Positions 1-13,593 of a DNA stretch of 64,000 nt are shown here, piece by piece. The DNA lies in the NCBI GenBank assembly GCA_028534125.1, contig CM052817.1:47246001-47310000 (forward strand), read 5' to 3'. The DNA comes from Lama glama (taxonomy: Eukaryota). The translations under genes were made by a program, and so were the position numbers. The number at the start of each line of letters is the position of its first letter. The first letter of the stretch is position 1. The notes beneath the pieces were generated by a model. It searched no databases, was not told the DNA's origin, and was given only the letters and a program-made list of their open reading frames with translations.

Positions 1-211
1 ATAAAATGTTTATAATACCTATAATTTTTTGTTGTTCCCTAAGTTGACTACTTTACTGATTCATCAGTTAACTACCAGACTCAATTACATTAACAGAAAG
101 TATTTCTATTGTACTTCACACATTTATTTTATTTATAATATACAAAGTTAATTAAGTTCAGTAGGTGAATAAATTGCTTGCTTTTGCTTCTGACTCTTAA
201 CTGGATTTCAG

Positions 212-317
212 GCTTCTAGTTGAACTTACGATGATTTATCTGAAGATGGGAGAAAACTCTGACTTTATCATGCATGTTCTAATAGCCATACTTGGAGGTT
301 TAGTGTATGAAGACATA
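212..317 (+). CDS. Candidate penultimate coding exon of an unidentified gene (LLVELTMIYLKMGENSDFIMHVLIAILGGLVYEDI)
   Basis: Branch-like ctgac at 190-194, acceptor ggatttcag|G at 211/212, open frame (same as ORF 231..413), donor ATA|gtatgg at 317/318 in phase 0, matching the phase-0 acceptor at 8546. Confidence 0.6.
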
Positions 318-2768
318 GTATGGCCAAATGAATTTTCTGTGTTGGCAATTTTTTGCAATGTGGAGCTTTTTCATGTGATTATACGTGTTAGTTATTTCTA
401 CAATTACTTGTGAATTCAAGAGAATTTCTTTTTATCCACCATGTAACTAACTTACCCTTATTTTCCCAGCAGCAGTTGACCAGTGATAAACTAGTTGCAG
501 GAACAATTGCAGCAGGACTCAGTTCTGCTTTGGAACACAATAGTTAGCTTTGCCTGTGTAAGAAAAAGGAAGTCTGCTGGAGGACACCTTCCTGACGTAC
601 CACTGAATTTCAAAATGTTCATCTGTACAATTTAAGGTGTATATATGGGTGTTCTTTTTCTGACATAATTCTGTCTTGTCATTTCATTACCGAGCAGATA
701 GCATCTCACACGTGAGGGGTACACCTGAACAACCAGGTTGTGGCAGCCCAGCACATCTTACAATTCAGAAGGTTAATAGCAAGTGTGTGGGTGCCGTTTG
801 CTCTGAAATCAAGGGGTGTAGTTATTAATATAGCATAATACATACCTAACCAATTATGGTATTAGAAGAAAACCCGACTTCCGGAAGGAGGCTCCTTCAC
901 AGATTTTACAGACAAAGCTAAGTATGTGGTGGGAGGATTACCAAATGGTAGAATGTCAGCTCTACAGTTTAACTCTTAAATCACCAGCCTGGGAATAGCT
1001 TTATCAAGTTTCTCTCTCCATTTCTGTGTTGATTTAACAGTAGAAATTATTCTCAGATGGCCCGAATCCAGTTGCTGCAAAGAGTTGGAGAGCTACAAAA
1101 ACTGACATTTATAACTATTTCACATTATCATTTTTTCCCCCAAATTAGCAGACTTTTGGCTTAGTTTTTGGAACCAAATTATACCTGGCACACTAATGAT
1201 TCGTATATCCTTCTCCTTTTATATGTGTACAAAAGGACAACCTACCCTAAGTACCTTCTATAAAAGATCCTCTGGCATCTTGCAGACACTTACAATAGTT
1301 ATTATAACATTTTTCCTTCTGAAAAATTTAAAAAATTTATAAGAAGCATCTGACAGATGCCACGGAGCTGACTCCACACTCTGCCAGCGTTAGGAGAGAC
1401 TGCTGTGGTGGAGTGAATATTGGATGGAGGTGAGGAAGACTTAATTACCAAATAATTACCCTTAAAGCTATAGAGGTAAATAACTTTGCCAAGTGGCAGT
1501 GGAACTCCGAATATTTGGGGTCACCTACATATACAAGAATATAATGTGCTATGTGTGCAAAGGCACAGCTGTCCTTAAATAGCTGAGATAAAAAGTAATT
1601 CTTAACCCACAGGAGGCATGCAGGCACTTGGTGTGCGGCAGGCTTGACAGGGCTTCTCTGGGATGTTTTCTAGAGCCGGAAAAAAAGAAAGGTTGTTTTT
1701 GGGAGTAGCATTCATGAGGTATTTTCTAGTTGTTTGATTTGATAGCACCCTGAGCACATGTCTGTCATATCATTTACCACATAACATTAAAATGGCCTGC
1801 AGGTCCACCCAAAGTTTAAGAACACAGGCTGTAGAAACTCTAGAGTGCTGCTTGAGATGGCCTTTTCGCTCTGGCACCTATAATTGTTCTGTGCCTCAGT
1901 TTTCTTCACTGTAAAATGGGGTAGGTTGAGGTGAGCTACATGTATGCATGTGAAGCATATCAGATGCAGACATCTACTCAGTGCACCTTAGCTGTTGTCT
2001 TCATACGCCTGTTCCTTCTGCTAGGACGAGGCTGGGAGGTCCTCTAGGGAAGTTGCCCTGCAAATACTTTTCTTTGTATTCTCAGTGAGTATGCATGAGA
2101 GAGTTTTGTTTTTAATTGGAAAGACCATCTTGTATTGTGAGTTTTCTTTCCCTTTCTGGCATTTGGTAGATAACTGGTGTTGTGCTGGGGATTAGTGGGG
2201 GAGGAGTGGATCATAGTGACATGGCAGAAACAGGCTGGCAGCTTGATGCTCACACTGAAAAGTTTTCTGTTTTCTGTCTTCCTCCTCCGCATGCCTGCTG
2301 TGCAGCTCAGAAAGAATGAACGAATAAAAGAAGAATGACAGTGGCCTCTGGGTTGGAATTGAATACATGGGAACATGGGAGGTGATGTGAGAAAGAGAAT
2401 GGAGAGCTCTAGCTATTAAAAATCTATAAAATGAAATTTTAGAAGCATTGCAGCTATTGATTTCTCATCTAGCCCTAAGGACAAATTAATCTTGATGAAA
2501 TTTCTCAGTCGGTTTGGGGTTAATGGATCCTCATGGAAATCAGACAATTGGAATCAGAAAGTTACAATTAAATACCAGGCCTCAAGGGCATCTGTTGTAT
2601 AGTCCCCATTGTGTCAATACGGTTTTCTTTATCTCTCAATCTGTGTTGTGTCATTGATTATTTTGCACTTATTATGTCACAACAGACATTACAGGATCAT
2701 GACTTATTCATCTTTTTATTCTCAGCATTCAGCATGGTATCTTGCAAATAATAGGTACACAACGTGTC

Positions 2769-2882
2769 AGAAGAGAGAAAAATAAGAGGAAGGGTAGGAC
2801 AAGGAAAAGAAAGGAAAGAAAGGAAGAAAGGCGGGAAGGCAGGAAGTTAAAAAGGAAGGAGAAAAGGAGGGAAAAAGGGAAA
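2769..2882 (+). repeat. GA-rich low-complexity purine tract
   Basis: Almost entirely A/G runs; explains the K/R/E-rich ORF 2742..3011. Confidence 0.85.
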
Positions 2883-4359
2883 TTCAGGCTAGTGCTTAAT
2901 TTTATAACTGTTGTAAATGACTGCAGACAAATTCTCTTCTTAAAGAGCTCTAGGAAAGAGTATCACATAATCTTTCCCAATAATATATTCCAGAGAGTAG
3001 CAATTATTTGAACAGAGATGTTATGAAGACCATAGATCTTTATATAATCTAATCTTTATTCTGGAAGAGCAAGTTTTAGAAATATAAGAAATGTATGAAA
3101 GGGAACTAATCTGATTAAATGTAGACAGTACATATATCAAAAAAAATGTGCAATAGTTAGGGGGGAAAAGAAGGAAATGTGATCCAACAAACATTTTACA
3201 TAACGCAATTGAAAAGCTATTGTATTATTCGTCAAAGGTCCTTCCAAAGTACAAATATGAGCGTTTCACCTATTTTTAGTTCCCTGGTACATTATATAAA
3301 CTAAACCACTGCAGTTTTGTTAAACCAGAACACCTTTCAAAGTTTTCTTAGCCTCCGGAGGTTGATGAATTATTTATTGTTAAGCAATTTGGTTGCCAGA
3401 AGGAGACAGTCTAATGAGATTTTGGAAGCTAAATATGAATAGTCTCATGATTTTGAAAGAAAATAGTGCACTTGTTGAGAAGTGGATTACTCAGATTCAA
3501 TGATTAGCTCAGCAATGTGCCACTTCACAGATATATTGCTAACTATCCTAATAACCAGCTTACAAGGGAGAGACAGCACTTGCCACTGCTGTTTCTGTCG
3601 GCACTCATGGAAAAATCTTTTTTGAAAAGTTTGATATTGTAAATATCTTCCAGAGGTAACTGGTGATGAAGGAAAACACAATTCCTTCATAAATCTATTA
3701 ATTGAAAGTAAGGTGCCAAAGGTGGGGAGTGGCCAAGATGGCAGAGTAGGAAGACCCTGAGCTTATCTCCTCCCATGGGCACACTAAAATGACAACTACT
3801 GACAGAGCAACTATCAATGGAAAAACCAGAAGACTAGCAGAAAAGATCTACAACTAAAGATAGAAAGAAGAAACCACAACAAGACGGATGAGAGGGCAGA
3901 GACATTGTTCAATTAAGACCTGGGGTGGGCAACCCACCAATGAGAGGATGATGATAACTGCAGAGGGTCTCCCTAAGGAACAAGTGATCTGAGCCCCACA
4001 TCAGGCTCCCCAGACTGGGGATCCTACATCCAAAAGCCAAGCTCCCAGAGCTTTTGGTTTTTAAGGCCAGTGAGCCTTCCTTTTGGGAGAGCCAGAGGAC
4101 TGGGGGAAATAGAGACTCCACTCGTAAAAGGCACATAGAAAATCTCACATGCTCTGGGATCCAGGGCAGAAGCGGTAATTTGAAAGAATCCTGGGTCATA
4201 CCCGCTTGCTGATCCTGGAGAGAGTCCCAGAGAGGGGCAGCTGGAGCTCACCCTGGGGCCACAGACGCCGGCGGGAGGCATTTGGCGAGCTGGTTCTACC
4301 ACATGGACGCTGAGGCTGTCAAGCACCACTTTGGAGTCCTTCCTTGAGCCTATTAGTGC

Positions 4360-5010
4360 CAGGATCTGGCTCCACCCACCAGCCTTTTGGCATCAGTACA
4401 CAGACACCTCAGGCCAAATAACTGGCAGGGCAGAGAGAGAGCCCCACCAACAAGCAGGCCTACTGCCTTATGACCCCTGAACCCACAGGACCCTGGGACC
4501 TGGTCCCACCCATCAGTGGGCTTTTATTGGCCCTGGAACCAGCCTCACTCGCCAGACACTATCCTTAGAACCCTTGGCTCTCTGTTCTGCTTACCAGAGA
4601 ACCGAAACACCAACTCTGAGATCCTCAGGGCCCTGCAGCCAAAGATACTGGGACCCAGATTTGCCCACCAGTGAGCTGGCACAAGCCCTGAGATATCCCA
4701 GGCCTCAGCCCATCCACCAGTGGGGCAACACCAGCACCAGGACCCCTGAGCCCTGCAGCCAGAGACCCCAGGTCCTGGTTTCACCCACCAGAGGGCCAGC
4801 ACCAGCTTTCGGACACCCCAGACCCCTTATCCAGCCATGTCAGGAACTGGCCTTGCCCACCAGAAAGCCAGCATTAAATCTGGGAACCCCAGCCCCATAA
4901 CCACTCATTCCAGAGCCCAGCTCCACCCACCAGTGGGCCAGAATTATGCCCAGGCCACCCCCCTGGGGCCCCACAGCCAGCAACCTCATGACTTGGCCCT
5001 GCCAACCAGT
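4360..5010 (+). repeat. Degenerate GC-rich monomer array in the L1 5'UTR
   Basis: Recurring ccacccaccag / gcccaccag core near 4371, 4506, 4663, 4710, 4781, 4856, 4923 and 5001, often preceded by gccctgcagcca-like motifs. Confidence 0.75.
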
Positions 5011-5289
5011 AGCTGGCAGCCTCCAAACAAGGCTGGGCCTGACAACCAACCAAACTGGGGCACAGCCACCCTTACAAGACCACTCACAGCAGTCAGCCTG
5101 CCACAACAGAAGGGCCCATGCATCCCAAATAGGGGTACCCCTAGAGCAAACAGCTCTGGTGATCAGAGGGGATTGTGCTTTTGGGAAGCACAGGACAGGA
5201 TGTCTTTTCTTTACAAAAGGCCATCTCTCCAAGTTTAGGAAACATAACCAATCTACCAGACACATAATGAAAGCAGCCAATTAGGCAAA

Positions 5290-6153
5290 ATGAAGTGACA
5301 GAGGAATATCTTCCAAAAGAAGGAATAGGATAAAACCTCAGAAGAACTAGGTGAAGTGGAGATAGGTTGCCTACCCTATAGAGAGTTCAGGGTAATGATT
5401 GTAAGGATGTTCAAAGAACTTGGAAGAAGATTGGGTGAACAGAGTAAGAAGTTAAAAGTTTTTAACAAAGAGTTAGAAACTATAAAGAAGAACCAGAGAT
5501 GAAGAATACAGTAACTGAAATTAAAAGAAAAAATATACTAGAAGAAATCAGCAGTAAATTAAACATACAGAGGAATGGATAAGGGATCTAGAAGACAGAG
5601 TAGTGGAAATCAGTGAAGATAACCAGAAAAAAAGAATAGAAAAAAACCAGTACAATGTAAGAGACTTCTGCTACAACAAACATATTAACATGTGTATTAC
5701 AGTGGTCCCACAAGGAGAAGAGAGAGAAAGGGGTAGAGAAAATATTTAAAGACATAATATCTGAAAACTAACCTAATCCAGGAAAGGAAGCAGACATTCA
5801 GGTCCAGAAAGCACAGAAAGTCTCAAACAAAATCAACTCAAAGATGACTACACCAAGAGACATTGTAATTAAAATGGCAACAATTAAAGATAAAGAGAGA
5901 ATATTGAAAGCATCAAGGGAACTCCCATAAGGCTATCAGCTGACTTTGCAGCAGAAACTCTGCAGGCCAGAAGGGAGTGTCATGACAGATTTAAAGTGAT
6001 GAAAGTGAAAAACCTACAATTACGAATACTCTACCCAGCACGGCTCTCATTCAGATTGATGGTGAGACCAAAAGTTTTACAGCCAAACAAAAGCTGAAAA
6101 AGTTCAGCACCACCAAACCAAGTTTACAAGAAATGTAAACGTGACTTCTCTAA
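5290..6153 (+). pseudogene. Decayed L1 ORF1
   Basis: Starts MK*QRNIFQKKE*DKTSEE..EFRVMIVRMFKEL and ends KFSTTKPSLQEM..LL*, typical ORF1p termini; several stops and frameshifts. Confidence 0.85.
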
Positions 6154-8545
6154 GCGAAAAAGGAAAGGCCACACTAGAAATATGAAAATTATGAAAGGAA
6201 AAATCTCATTGGTAAAGGCAAATATACAATAAAGGTGGTAAATCAGCCATGTATGAAGCTGGTAGAAAGGTTAAAAGACAGAAGTAGTAAAATCATCTAT
6301 ATCTGCAATGGATAGTTAAGGGATACACAAGACAAAATGATGTGAAATGTGATGTTAAAACAGTAAGCCTGGGGAGTTAAAATGCAGGGTTGTTAAAACG
6401 AGTTTGAATGTAAGAGATCAGCAACTTAACATAATTGCACATATACAGACAGATGGCTCTGTACATTGTGAGGAGTATAGTAACTAACTATGTAGCATCT
6501 TTGTGTGGTGACATATATTATTGTGAACATTTGGAAATATGTAGAAAATACCAAATCACTGTATTGTGTTACAGGAGCTAACATAGTGTTGTAGGTCAGT
6601 TATAGTACAAAAACAAGCAAACAAACAAACTTGTAGAAAAGGGGATCAGATTTGTGGTTACCAGAGGCCGAGGGTGGGAGGAAGGGGAACTGAATGGAGG
6701 AAGTTAAAAGGTACAAACTTTCAATTATAAGATAAATAAGTACTAGGGTTGTAATGTACATGATAAATATAATTTACACTGCTGTATGTTATATATGAAA
6801 GTTGTCAAGAGAGTAAATCTTAAGAGTTCTTATTACAAGGAAAAAATAATTTTTCCTTTTTCTTTAATTTTGTTTCTATATGAGATGATGGATGCTCACT
6901 AAACTTGTGATAATCATTTCATGATGTAAGCCAAATTATTATGCTGTACACCTTAAACTTAGCTAGAGCCATATGTCAGTTATATCTCAACAAAACTGGA
7001 AGTAAAAAGTAAGATGTCAAGATTTTAATGATAAAGGAAAACATGCCTCTAAACTCAAATTCCCTTGGATAACAGGACAGAAGTAATATGTTCTAGATTT
7101 TTACAGTGTTTACTTCTAGATTGACTGAGCAAATGTGAATGGATTCAAAAACATTTTAGCAAATTCTGAAGTATTTTTAAAAGTTGTGAATACAAAAGCC
7201 CCCATACAACTCTTTCCTTTCCTATTTTAAAGGAGAACTGTGAGGCTTTTCTATGACATGTCTCTCCTGGGTACAGAGTGGGGCACATGACTCCTCGCCA
7301 CATGTATAGTCTACATATGGGATGGGTCATACGTTGTGCCAGGCACACAGGCAGCACTTAATAATTGTTTGTTGAGCTGAAATTAGTATTAGCACTTGGA
7401 AAGTATTATCTGAATGAATGAATGGATGCTGACCCATGAATAACGCCCTTTTGTTGCCTGTCAGTTATTCAATATGCATTAGCATGAAATATTGAAAATA
7501 TAGTCTTGTCCTTGAAGTCTGTTCAAAGAAATAAACAGTTTCTTTCTTTAAATTCACTAACTATCCCAATTTCAAAGACCATAAATATATACTCTATAGA
7601 GCAAATAGCATTTAATGAATAAAAAAGAACACGTACTTGACCTTTACAGCAACCAAGTAAATATCTGCTTTTCCTCAGCAGAGAATCTTGGACACGACTT
7701 TATTACGTTCGTTAAAAGAAACAAAGTGGTAATTTATCATTTCTATAATGGAGAAAAGTATTTCATTTTCGTGGAACTTAAAGATTATTCAATTTATTTT
7801 CCTCACACTTTTTAATAAAAAATGGGCAGAGGTTAAAGACTGACTGTTTCAATTTAATGTGATTTTTTTTCAGGAGTAACAGCCAACTGTGCATTAACTG
7901 TATAAATGGAAATCATATCCTCCCCACCCTGGTGTCTTTGTATGAAGCTATCTTTGAATCCTTTCCTGGGAAGACTTTATCAGAAACATCAGCTTTGAGA
8001 TACTTGGGTCAGTAATTGCCTTAGATGGGGTTCAAATTAAGCTTATCTTACTGATTTCTATTGTGTATTGAAGGGTGTTTTATCACATGTTCAGACTCCT
8101 AGTAGCAATATTTGTGACTACTCAGCAGATTGCACAGAATCCTAAGCAAGCTAGCACCTGCTTCAGATTGACCAGAAAATGCTTTTTTGAAAATGAGTTT
8201 AGTTTGTACATGCAGAAACATTCTCACCTCTATTGTTCAGTAAATTTTTAAAGAAAATGACAAAAGAGAGTTTTGAAGAAAGAAAAGGCAGTAAGGGGGA
8301 TGGTGAGTCTGTTCCTCCATGCAGAGGGAAAAGAGAAAAATAAAATGAGAAATATGAGTGTTGGAAAGGGCAATGGAGATAATTTATGCATAGTTTACCG
8401 CCTCCATTTTATAACTTACCAAAATGAGTTCTAGGAAGACAAATGACTTGCCAGACTCAGTCTGTGTCGAACAGAGCTGAGACTTCAATTCTGAACTTCA
8501 TGTTACTTACCTATAATAGGATACCTTAAATTAACATATCCCTAG

Positions 8546-8701
8546 GCGTCTGGAATTTTGAAAGAATTATGTGAAACTGAATATGAGATGTTTAGTCCTG
8601 CCGAGAAAATGGAGCCGTTCGTTCTTCGATATTCTAATGCTAGTTGGGGAATGCCTCCTCTGAAAATCCTCCCCATACAAATGACATTTGGGGACGCGTA
8701 G
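8546..8701 (+). CDS. Candidate terminal coding exon (ASGILKELCETEYEMFSPAEKMEPFVLRYSNASWGMPPLKILPIQMTFGDA*)
   Basis: Acceptor ttaacatatccctag|GCG, 51 sense codons then TAG at 8699-8701, locally retained CpGs, poly(A) signal about 130 nt downstream, phase-compatible with exon 212-317. Confidence 0.65.
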   Translation, partial: ASGILKELCETEYEMFSPAEKMEPFVLRYSNASWGMPPLKILPIQMTFGDA

Positions 8702-8829
8702 AGGGAAGATGAGAGCATCCGCTTTTCTTCGTTAACATCAAAGTAGGGTGGGTATGTTGAAGTATGGCGTCCAGTGAAGAAAGAGTCAAACATAAAATAA
8801 CACTGCATGTTCTTTAATGCCCACATAGT

Positions 8830-8839
8830 AATAAATAAA
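8830..8839 (+). terminator. Two overlapping AATAAA polyadenylation signals
   Basis: aataaataaa, about 130 nt after the TAG at 8701. Confidence 0.6.
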
Positions 8840-10759
8840 GAATTGCACAGAAATAATAGACACCTAGTTCAGGATATTGGTTAATTAAAGGTTGAGAAAG
8901 GGTGAAAATCTGAGAGGAGTAAATGGAGTATTTTATTATAATAATGTTTTATTTTAAGCTACATACATTATTCTTTAAACCTTTGTGTATCTTAAATATT
9001 ACACAATAACTTTTTATAAGATTGTGCAAGAGTAGTCTTTAATTTAGTATGTGGTCATAAACTTTATGTCTACCTATGCTCAGATACATTTCTTTTCCCA
9101 TCCTATCTTCCAAGTACTGATTTAAGACACAAAGATATAATATTCATATTGTTTCAATTGTCAAAATTTAAAATTTCACATTATGGGCCTTATTTTCAGA
9201 GTTTCTATTAAGTGACCTCTCTCCTCTCTTCTCCTCCAGCTCTCATGACCTGTTTCCACCTGCTTCTGCCTGGGTCCTGGTCTCGTAGGCCCACACCCTC
9301 ACCATCTCATCTAAACTCAGATCAGCACTCTCATGCATACTTGCTTGCCTGTCTCCCTTTCTCACTGGTGGGGAGAATCCATTTCACTAGGTTCAATGTT
9401 CTGAAAGTGCCTACTATGTACTAAGGGCATCACTAAGCCCTTTCTCCTAACTTTTTCATACCAAAAATAGAGGCTGCTGCCTGTCTTTATCACCTGGCTC
9501 ATGTTATATTTAAACCATCTGGGGGGAAAAAAGAAGTTCTACTTAGGTCAATCAAGTGTCCATCCAGGTTTGAAGATGCTATCGTGCAGATTCCTGTCTC
9601 AAAGATCTCGTGGAAGTGATCATAAACTATGAGGCTGTGTCCTACGACACTACATTGCACTCCAGGTGCAGCTCACAGTGGTCTCACTTCTCAGGAAACA
9701 TCATGGGTGCAGAGTGAAAGTCAAGGCCAAGTTTGTACCCTTTCACAATGAAAAAAACCTAGATGCCAGCATAGAGATGTCACAAAAGAGACATCAAACC
9801 TGAACTGTTACTTTCTTCATCTCTTCAATCGAACCTGTCACTTTAGCCTGTGTCACGAGGCAAGCAAACACCCCACGAAGACAGAGCTAGTTTAAATTCT
9901 AACGATGGCAGCCAAGGTATGTCCAACATCAGGGTCAGATGTTATAAACTCTGGAAATTCCCAGGAGTACATGTTCTGCTTTGAGATTATCCACTTAACG
10001 AGGACGTGAAGGATGTCAGCTTTCCTGATTGGCCTCCACTACAAACCTTGATGTTAGTGGGAAAAAAAAGTAAATGTCCGTGTTTCCCCTCTGCTGGTCT
10101 CCAGTGCCCTTTGTCTGGAGACAGTTTTCAGTGGAGGCATTCCTCTTTTACGATCCCATATTATTTTGGCTCAGCAGCCTGTGGTATCATAAAAGTCGTT
10201 ACTCAAAACAACTGGTAGCTAAACCACAGAGGCATAGGCTTTTCCACGCTGCCAGCTGGGAGGGGCAGTGGAGAATCTGGCCTGACCTGCCGAACTTCTG
10301 ATGGGATTACGCTGGACAGGCTAGAACAGCTCAGCTACATAACCCCCTAGCTTTTTGGCTTGAAAACTGGGAGGATCATGTACAGGCAGTAGGATCTGAG
10401 AATGAATCTAGTTATCACCTTCTGGTTTCTTTGATGCCACCTTAGTCTAGTTTTTAGCCTGGGAAAACTATTAACAATGGAAAGAGGTGAGTGATAACCG
10501 AGGCTAGGTCCCCAAGAAATGTCTGAAGCTTCAGGTTGGGTTTCAAATTGCACATGTAGGGATTGTGAAGGAGTTTCATGATGATGATATAAGGGATGGT
10601 TTGGACTGTGTAAGATGTAATTTTTATTCTTTAAAACTAACCTTTTTTTAAAAAAAATTGTGAATTACAAGCTTGTTGTGAATTATTTCTTTACTTACAG
10701 TTTCTGATTCCTATTGATTTGAAGAGCTGTGTCTGTCTACATGAGTGTGTTTATTACTC

Positions 10760-10910
10760 TGCAGTTGTGACTCGGCACTAAAACACATACATTAATTTTA
10801 GTTTTCACAAAAATCTCACGAGGATGGTGGCATTATCATCACTATTCTATGAACGAAATTGACTCAGGGAAGTTAAACAAGTTACTCAGAAATACATAGT
10901 GATTATGTCA
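10760..10910 (-). mobile_element. MIR SINE fragment
   Basis: Degenerate MIR core (tgactcagggaagttaaacaagttactc). Confidence 0.55.
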
Positions 10911-12601
10911 AGTGCTGTTTTGTAACTAAAGGGAGTTAATTCTTGTTTGGTTGAAATTTGTAGCCTTTAAAGTAAGTAGATATTTGTGTTCAAAGAAATA
11001 TTCCTGTACATGTTTAGGGCTTTTTAAATTTTTCTCCCTGTAATGTAGATAGACTTAAGTGGTGAGTAAAATGTCTAAAGAACAGATAATTGGAGAGCTC
11101 TATTTTATTTCCAGTTTCTGTGCATGTGTAATTTTGTATCTAAATTTCTTTTCTGAATTTCTCTCTAGCACAAATAACAATGCAATAAATATTTTAGTGG
11201 CTAATTTTCTTGTGTATTTTTAAGAGTTTCCTTAGAACAGATCCACACAGATAATGAATGGGTCAAAAGGTGTATGAAGATTTTTAAAGTTATCGTTGCA
11301 CATGCTAAACAATTTTCTCATGTGCTATAAAAATAATATTGGATGTGAGTTGTATTATCTGTACAATTATATATGTGTGTATATATTTCAGTGTATATAT
11401 ATATATGTACTATATATGTGTATATACACCATATATATGTTTATATTACCTCTACAATTACAAATCCATATAAAATTAGAAATAATGTCAGTATATTTCA
11501 ATTTAACTAACAGAGTTAAATGTTGATAATTTAGGAAACCTGGGAAATATTTCTCTAATAACTGAAGAGGTAGAAAGAGATACTTTTGAAAAAGAACAAA
11601 AATTATTTTTAATAGATACATTACTTCAGATAGGCTCTCATAGCATTGACAAAAGATGTATTTTTATCTAATTAAATGTCTCTACCATACTGGTAAATAA
11701 CTCAGCAGCAGAAAATTAGATAAGATTTTAGAAATTTGGAACACTGACCACAAAATGTTGGGCCACAAAAGGGATCATAATTTGAGCTGAAGCAAGAATT
11801 TTTCAAATGTGACCTAAATTGAACCACTGTGGGAGTCATCCCCTAGCACTTTGTGGTCACCCTCATTCATCATCTTCTAAACATGCCCCAAGCAGAGGAA
11901 TTCCCAGGTATGTGACTCTGAAACCCAGTCACCATAAATGATTCCTAAACTACTAAACTGATTCCAGTAGGAAGAACTATCTTCAGAGATGATGTGTGTC
12001 ACAAATCTAAGTAAATTTAGAAACTAAGAGGACGTCTCAGTAACATGCCGAATAAGTGAGCAAGAATATGTAAATAAGGTAGCCTAGTTTTATGCATTAT
12101 TTGAACATACATGAACCTCGATAAAATTAAAACAAAATGCTGGTTTCCTGCATTTTTTAAAAAATTTACAACTTCTGGATTTTTCTCAAATTCAGATCAT
12201 ATAGATATTATAGAAAATCAGGTCTGGAAATTATACTTGGCTTAGACAAGTTAAGAGTGATTAAAATGACATTCAGCAGCTGTCATTTATTGTCAATAAA
12301 ATGATGCGATGAGTTATTACTAATATTTGTATTTAACATATTGTTATAGTTACTTTATAAAGACGCTCTTCCTTTTCTCAAGATATAGTGACGTTTTGAA
12401 TGTTTCCCTGGTCCTTTCTGAGGCCCCAGAGACTGAACATGCCCTGTCAGCCTCCCTACTGTGTCACTCGACCATGGGTACCACATTGCAGGTACCCAAG
12501 GGGTTTGCTCCCTTTTCTAGGGCCCTCCCAGAAAGGAAGGGCAGAGTCTGCCTCAGGCCTTGTGTCACCAAACTTATGTGTGTTCAGTCATCCTTCCCAC
12601 A

Positions 12602-12627
12602 ACACACACACACACACACACACACAC
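12602..12627 (+). repeat. (AC)13 microsatellite
   Basis: Perfect AC run. Confidence 0.95.
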
Positions 12628-13014
12628 TGTGCCCCAACATGGCCGAGTGGATTTCTCGCTTCCCAATAGTAACCAACATGTCAGTCTCTACTCTATTTCA
12701 ACTGTCTCTTGTCACTCTTAGCCAATGGAACCCTAAGAGGTTTCTCTCTCCTTTTCAATACTTTCCAACTTTGGCCTTTTGTTAGGAATAATGAGAGACA
12801 AACTTAGTGTAATTCTTGAGTTTCAAGCAAATCTTTCTTGATTCGAGTTCACCATGGAGTGTGGGAAACAGGCATAAATCTCATCCTCACCATCTACATT
12901 TTTAGCGGTGGACTCAAACACACTTTGAAAGCACATTGAAGTGGGAAATAAAGTTTACTTGATGATGAATGGATATAGTAAACCATAGAATTCATTTCAT
13001 CAGGTAAGCTAATA

Positions 13015-13593
13015 TTTTTTAAATTGAAGTATAGTCGATTTTTAATGTTGTGTTAATTTCTGGTGTACAGCGTAGTGATTCATTTATACATGTATATTCC
13101 TTTTCATATTCTTTTTCATTATAGATTATTACAAGTATGGAATATAGTTCTCTGTGTTATACAGTAGGATCTTGTTGCTTATCTATTTTATATATAGTAG
13201 CTAGTACCTACAAATCCCAAACTCCCAATTTATCCTTCCCCACCCTCTTTATCTCCTGGTAACCATAAATTTGTTTTCTATGTCTGTGAGTCTGTCTCTG
13301 TTTTGTAAATAAGGTTATTTGTGTCCTTTTTGTTTTTTACAATCCACATATAAGTGATATCATATGGTATTTTTCTTTCTCTTTCTGGCTTACTTCACTT
13401 AGTATGATGATCTCCAGGTCCATCCATGTTGCTGCGAATGGCATTATTTTATTCTTTTTTATGGCTGATTAGTATTTCATTGTGTGTATATGTATGGCCA
13501 CACACACACACACACACACAATACAACTTCTTTTTCCAGTCATCTATCATTGGACATTTAGGTTGCTTCCATGTCTTGGCTATTGTAAATAGT
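13015..13593 (-). mobile_element. 5'-truncated L1 3' end with an internal (CA)n
   Basis: Starts tttttaaattgaagtatagtcg; contains ccatccatgttgctgc and ttggctattgtaaatagtg; similar to the copies at 25976 and 53490. Confidence 0.9.

Larger units (their letters stand above)
3720..7005 (+). mobile_element. L1-derived element with 5'UTR, ORF1 and 3'UTR but no ORF2 (HAL1-like)
   Basis: Starts with L1-type ccaagatggc; GC-rich 5'UTR; decayed ORF1; inter-ORF sequence joins L1 3'UTR sequence near 6460; TSD aaagtaaggtgccaa (3705-3719) / aaagtaagatgtcaa (7006-7020), 13/15 identical. Confidence 0.85.

Noticed and set aside
4360..5010. Regularly recurring motif superficially like a repeat-spacer array
   Set aside because: Degenerate monomers of an L1 5'UTR in mammalian DNA; not a CRISPR array.
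3909..5284. Overlapping ORFs of 85-146 aa on both strands
   Set aside because: By-product of the GC-rich repetitive L1 5'UTR.
8542..8826. 94-aa minus-strand ORF
   Set aside because: The + strand has the acceptor, stop codon and poly(A) signal; this ORF is its antisense shadow.
9847..9916. 70-nt exon-like segment (tttag|...AAG|gtatgt)
   Set aside because: Lies after the candidate poly(A) site, peptide not recognised, no partner exon found.
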